A stretch of DNA of 32,000 bases from Candidatus Saccharimonadota bacterium (lineage in GTDB: Bacteria; Patescibacteriota; Saccharimonadia; Saccharimonadales; UBA4665). This document shows positions 28,529 through 32,000 of the stretch, piece by piece. The DNA lies in NCBI GenBank assembly GCA_016699935.1, contig CP064992.1:90001-122000 (forward strand), read 5' to 3'. The notes beneath the pieces are model-generated. The model was not told the DNA's origin. It saw only the letters and a program-made list of their open reading frames with translations, and did no database searches. How positions within the stretch are numbered: position 1 is the stretch's first letter; every line of letters starts with the position of its first letter. The position numbers were made by a program, and so were the translations under genes.

Positions 28529-29140
28529 TTATATAAAGACAATTTGGCTGCCCGGGACATAGCGTTCGTAGAACTGGCCAACCGTGAGTATGCCGTCTGT
28601 GTCATCCCACGGATTGCTTTGCTCAAGTTTGAACATTTCCATAGCAAGCTTGCATGCGTAGATATACCCACCAGAAGGTTTGATGATATCCAGAAACTGA
28701 CTTACACCCGGTATGTCGAGCTCAGCCATTCGCTTTCGCGTCATGTGGGTGGCAAAAGTTCCCATACCAGATACCACACCTGCGATTTCTGGCATGTGCA
28801 TGTCAGGTTTACCGCTCATGGCAATGACCAGTACGTCGTAGCTGACAGTTTCGCCAGAATCAAGTTGGAGCGTTTTCTCGGCAGAGCGAACGCTTACCAC
28901 CTCCACCTGTAGGTGTTTGACCCCTCTTCGCAGTAAGCTTGCGGGGGGTTTACAGAGCTGACGCACTCGGTATCGCCCAAAGATCACACACAAAAAACCA
29001 GGCTGGTAATAGTGTGTAGTGGCGGGGTCAATCACCATCACATCGTGACCCGACTTCACTCGTTAATTTGCAAGCATTATCCCAGTCGTCCCGGCTCCAA
29101 CCATGACGATGTGCTTGTTTTTGGTCTCTTCTTAGCTCAT
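28529..29140 (-). pseudogene. remnant of an FAD/NAD(P)-dependent pyridine-nucleotide-disulfide oxidoreductase joined to a DsrE-like C-terminal region; two in-frame TAA codons
   Basis: The N-terminal part reads ATG-AGC-TAA-..KHIVMVGAGTTGIMLAN-TAA-RVKSGHDVMVIDPATTHYYQPGF (Rossmann dinucleotide fold, SQR/NDH-2-like). The C-terminal part YIYACKLAMEMFKL..DGILTVGQFYE..IVFI resembles DsrE-family tails. At about 200 aa it is too short for either family. The TAA codons lie at 29132-29134 and 29063-29065. Confidence 0.5.
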
Positions 29141-29277
29141 CGCAAAGAATCTTCTTACACACATCGTAGCACCGCATACATATACGCTCAAGCATAGACA
29201 GTCTCAGGAAACTCTCATGTCAGACTTGTACTATGTACCTGGCAACAAGAAGCATAATATATAAGGAGAGCGTGCCT

Positions 29278-29832
29278 ATGAAAAAACAAATTATCGCCGC
29301 AGGAGTTACCGCTACGGTAGCCGTTGCCGGCTTAACCGGGCTGGGAGTGGCCAACGCGGCAACCAACTCCTCCTCATCGAAACCTATGTCGGGTCTCGTT
29401 AGCGCCATCGCCAAGAAATTTAATCTCAAAGAAAGTGATGTACAATCAGTTGTCGATGCCAATCGAACAGAAATGGAAGCACAACACGAAACAGATGTAA
29501 AAGCACAGGTCACACAGCTCGTGAAAGATGGCAAGCTTACCAAAGCCCAAGCCGATCTCATCACAGCGAAACGTGCCGAGCTCCAAAAAACTCGTGAAAC
29601 TAACCGTACCAGCATGGACGGTAAAACTCACGCCGAGCGTAAGAGCGCCATGGATGCCGAGCGCACTGCACTGGACAAATGGTTTTCAGATAATAATATA
29701 CCGGCCGATTACCGCTACCTAGTCTTCGGCGGTGGACGCGGTCACGGCGGCTCCGGCGGCCCTCGCGGCGGTGGTCATAGAGACGGTACAAGGAGCAATT
29801 ATAACTATAGCTCCAGCTCTACAACAAACTAA
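29278..29832 (+). CDS. hypothetical secreted protein, helical Lys/Glu-rich core and Gly-rich tail
   Basis: AAGGAG lies 8 nt upstream of ATG 29278, and the signal peptide is MKKQIIAAGVTATVAVAGLTGLGVANA. The tail is GGGRGHGGSGGPRGGGH. Confidence 0.65.
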   Translation: MKKQIIAAGVTATVAVAGLTGLGVANAATNSSSSKPMSGLVSAIAKKFNLKESDVQSVVDANRTEMEAQHETDVKAQVTQLVKDGKLTKAQADLITAKRAELQKTRETNRTSMDGKTHAERKSAMDAERTALDKWFSDNNIPADYRYLVFGGGRGHGGSGGPRGGGHRDGTRSNYNYSSSSTTN

Positions 29833-29853
29833 TAATTTCATCCCACTTGCCCC

Positions 29854-29886
29854 AAACACCCCTTGTGATTTCACTTGGGGTGTTTT
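29854..29886 (+). terminator. intrinsic terminator after 29278-29832
   Basis: AAACACCCC-14 nt-GGGGTGTTT, then T-rich sequence, about 20 nt after the stop. Confidence 0.6.
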
Positions 29887-29954
29887 GTTCATCGCAACGA
29901 TCAACTATCAACATTCAAGTTATCAACAAACAATCAACTATCAACGAGCTCACT

Positions 29955-30003
29955 GGGAGTAAGAGTCATGAGTCAAGAGATAAGAATTATGAATTATCAA
30001 TGC
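29955..30003. repeat. 7 heptanucleotide units, short copy of the 461-565 tract
   Basis: gggagt aagagtc atgagtc aagagat aagaatt atgaatt atcaatg is followed by the GCGGCCATAGGCCGC hairpin. It is homologous to 524-580. A second 7-nt-periodic tract (aacgatc aactatc aacattc ...) lies at 29896-29950. Confidence 0.8.
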
Positions 30004-30441
30004 GGCCATAGGCCGCTAATTATTTATCGCGCGAGCGATTCAGCTAAGACGAGCATGCGGAGTCACCCGGCTACCATGTTGCCCAGGCTTTGCAACTTCC
30101 GTCAGGCGGCAAAACTTGTTTGAGTGAAAGGTAGGTTGCCAGTGGCAACCTACCTGGAGCGAGTTGTTTTGTCGGTTGCAAAACTGACAACCTGGTACCG
30201 ATTGACGGAGCTCTGCTCTTGATCTTTGCCCAGCTTTGCATCAAGGCAAAGCTGGTCGGCTGGCAGTCCGAGAACTGCCGAGTGAGTAAGGCTAGGTGAG
30301 ATTTTCAGGTGTAATGAGCGCATAGTCGCTGGAGCTAGCGTATGGATTCCCGCCTGCGCGGGAATGACAAGCGCAAGGGAAACAAGCTAGCTGTGTTATT
30401 CTCAGGTATAATTCAGGTATGACTACTACACTGGAGCTATT

Positions 30442-31194
30442 ATGAGACTACTTCTCGTCGAAGATGAACCAAAAATCGCCCGTGCTATCAAAATGGGTCT
30501 GGAGCAAGAACGCTCTACGGTAGAGGTTTACCACGACGGTCCGAGCGGTCTTGCCGCAGCACTGGGAGATGACTACGACGCCATTATCCTCGACCGCATG
30601 CTGCCCGGCGGCATGGACGGCCTCGAAATATGTGAAAAAATCCGTGAAAATAGCGTGAAAACACCGGTGCTCATGCTGACGGCTAAAGGACAAGTCCGCG
30701 ACCGCGTCAATGGACTCAATGCCGGAGCCGATGACTACCTGGTCAAACCATTTTCGTTTGAGGAACTGCTCGCCCGCCTGCGCGCCCTGACTCGCCGACC
30801 TCATGAGGTTAAAAGCACCATGCTCACTGCTGGCGACCTTAGCCTCGACCCTGTCACGTACGACGTCCGCCGCGCCGGCAAACCCATCGCCCTTTCCCAG
30901 ACCGAATATTCACTGCTCGAGTACCTCCTGCGCAACAAAGACCGGGTCTTAAGCAAAGACAACATCATCAACCACGTCTGGGACTTTGATGCCGATATTT
31001 TGCCCAACACTGTCGAGGCATACATTGGCTATCTGCGTAATAAAATAGACAAACCGTATCCCAAAAGACCACGCATTCACACGGTGAGGGGCTTTGGCTA
31101 CAAACTAGGGAAATTGACCAAAAATGAAGCACTTATTTCACTCGGCCACCTTACGTCTGACGGCATGGTACACACTCATTCTCCTCCTCATTAG
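30442..31194 (+). CDS. OmpR-family response regulator (receiver plus winged-helix)
   Basis: MRLLLVEDEPKIA..AIILDRMLPGGMDG..LMLTAK..DDYLVKPF is the receiver. LSQTEYSLLEYLL..TVEAYIGYLRNKI..IHTVRGFGYKL is the DNA-binding domain. The last roughly 25 codons overlap the kinase start and are probably an indel artefact. The true stop is likely near 31116. Confidence 0.85.
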   Translation: MRLLLVEDEPKIARAIKMGLEQERSTVEVYHDGPSGLAAALGDDYDAIILDRMLPGGMDGLEICEKIRENSVKTPVLMLTAKGQVRDRVNGLNAGADDYLVKPFSFEELLARLRALTRRPHEVKSTMLTAGDLSLDPVTYDVRRAGKPIALSQTEYSLLEYLLRNKDRVLSKDNIINHVWDFDADILPNTVEAYIGYLRNKIDKPYPKRPRIHTVRGFGYKLGKLTKNEALISLGHLTSDGMVHTHSPPH

Positions 31195-32000
31195 CCTACT
31201 TTTTAGTGTGATTGTTTTCAAATCGCAACTACCGAATTTCAGCGAGGTTTTGGCCCGGGCCATCTACAAAAACAGCAACTATTTACCGAGAGTGACTTGC
31301 TAGAAGAATGGCGAGAAGAACGGCTGAACAAAACCAAGTCGAATCTTGTCGGTCAACTGATGCTTTTAACGGAGTAGTTTTGGCATCGGGTGCTGTATGT
31401 AGTTACCTACTAGCCAGACGAACGCTACGACCTGTCGAGGAAGCTATGGAAGCACAGTCGCGGTTCAGTAGTGATGCTGCCCATGAACTGCGTACCCCAC
31501 TGACCATCATGCAGTCTGAAATAGAAGTCGGGTTGCGCGATAAAAAAGCAACCAAACAGTCACATAACGAGCTCCTAGCAAGTAGCCTCGACGAGGTGCA
31601 GCGCATGCGTACGCTAACAGATCGCTTGCTACTGCTGGCCAACAACCATGATATGACCCTCCTGCCGACTAATCTAGAAAATGCTGCTATCGAAGCCGTA
31701 AATCATGCCATACCCTTTGGCTCAGGCAAAAAGATTCGTATCGAGAATAGCGTAGGCACTTTGCAAGTTATCGGGAACGCTGATAGCCTCATTGATGTAC
31801 TAGTTATACTGCTAGACAATGCCGTCAAATACAGCCCGGCGAAGTCTACCATCACTCTTTCGGCTAGCGCTAAAGGGCAAACACGCCGAGATGCGAATAA
31901 CTGATAGCGGCGTGGGAATAGCCCCGTCTGATTTACCACATATTTTCGACCGTTTTTACCGGGCAGATGCTTCACGCAGCGCCCAAAACATCGCCGGGCA
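31124..32000 (+). CDS. sensor histidine kinase (partial, continues beyond window end), frameshifted
   Basis: ATG 31124 starts MKHLFHSATLRLTAWYTLILLLISLLFSVIVF (TM1). The H-box is FSSDAAHELRTPLT and the N-box is LLDNAVKYSP. After a shift near 31885 it reads ITDSGVGIAPSDLPHIFDRFYRAD. At least three frame changes are present. Confidence 0.8.

Noticed and set aside
28502-28912. 136-aa plus-strand ORF.
   Set aside because: It lies entirely antisense to the oxidoreductase/DsrE-like remnant, which has recognisable motifs. It has no RBS.
5219-29134. Genome-wide reassignment of TAA to a sense codon.
   Set aside because: TAA clearly terminates well-defined genes here at their expected C-termini, including folD, murI, murD, the heliorhodopsin and ORF 2328-2519. 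The three internal TAAs are better explained as mutations or errors.

Overview
The window looks like chromosome from a monoderm, reduced-genome bacterium. My guess is Saccharibacteria/CPR-like, based only on gene content and LPxTG surface proteins.

Housekeeping genes:
- eno, tRNA-Glu(UUC), murD, murI, folD, tRNA-Lys(CUU) and prs.
- The 5' part of a 2-hydroxyacid dehydrogenase gene, cut by the window start.

Accessory content:
1. Three large paralogous sortase-anchored DUF11/PKD surface proteins fill 3.3-10.6 kb.
2. A roughly 2.3 kb island at 11.4-13.7 kb is visibly much more GC-rich than the rest (GC not computed). It carries an actinobacterial-style membrane-protein/lipoprotein operon.
3. 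An uncharacterised cassette at 14.6-22.1 kb holds an ANL/PaaK-like ligase translationally coupled to a ThiF/E1-like enzyme. An Acg-type nitroreductase lies convergent, an aminotransferase divergent, and a GAF histidine kinase and a stand-alone receiver bracket the whole.
4. A RAYT-type tyrosine transposase is flanked by REP doublets.
5. A clear heliorhodopsin gene sits at 26359-27120.
6. An OmpR/histidine-kinase pair runs off the window end.

Intergenic DNA is unusually structured. It contains two copies of a roughly 150 bp MITE-like element, GTCAT-headed palindromes, tracts with strict 7-nt periodicity, and a 640 nt ORF-free structured segment.

Major caveat: about 25 single-base frameshifts, most at short homopolymers, break essential and accessory genes alike. 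This most likely reflects indel-prone assembly rather than biology. Merged coordinates are therefore my reconstructions. I ran no database searches, and all family assignments come from motif recognition.
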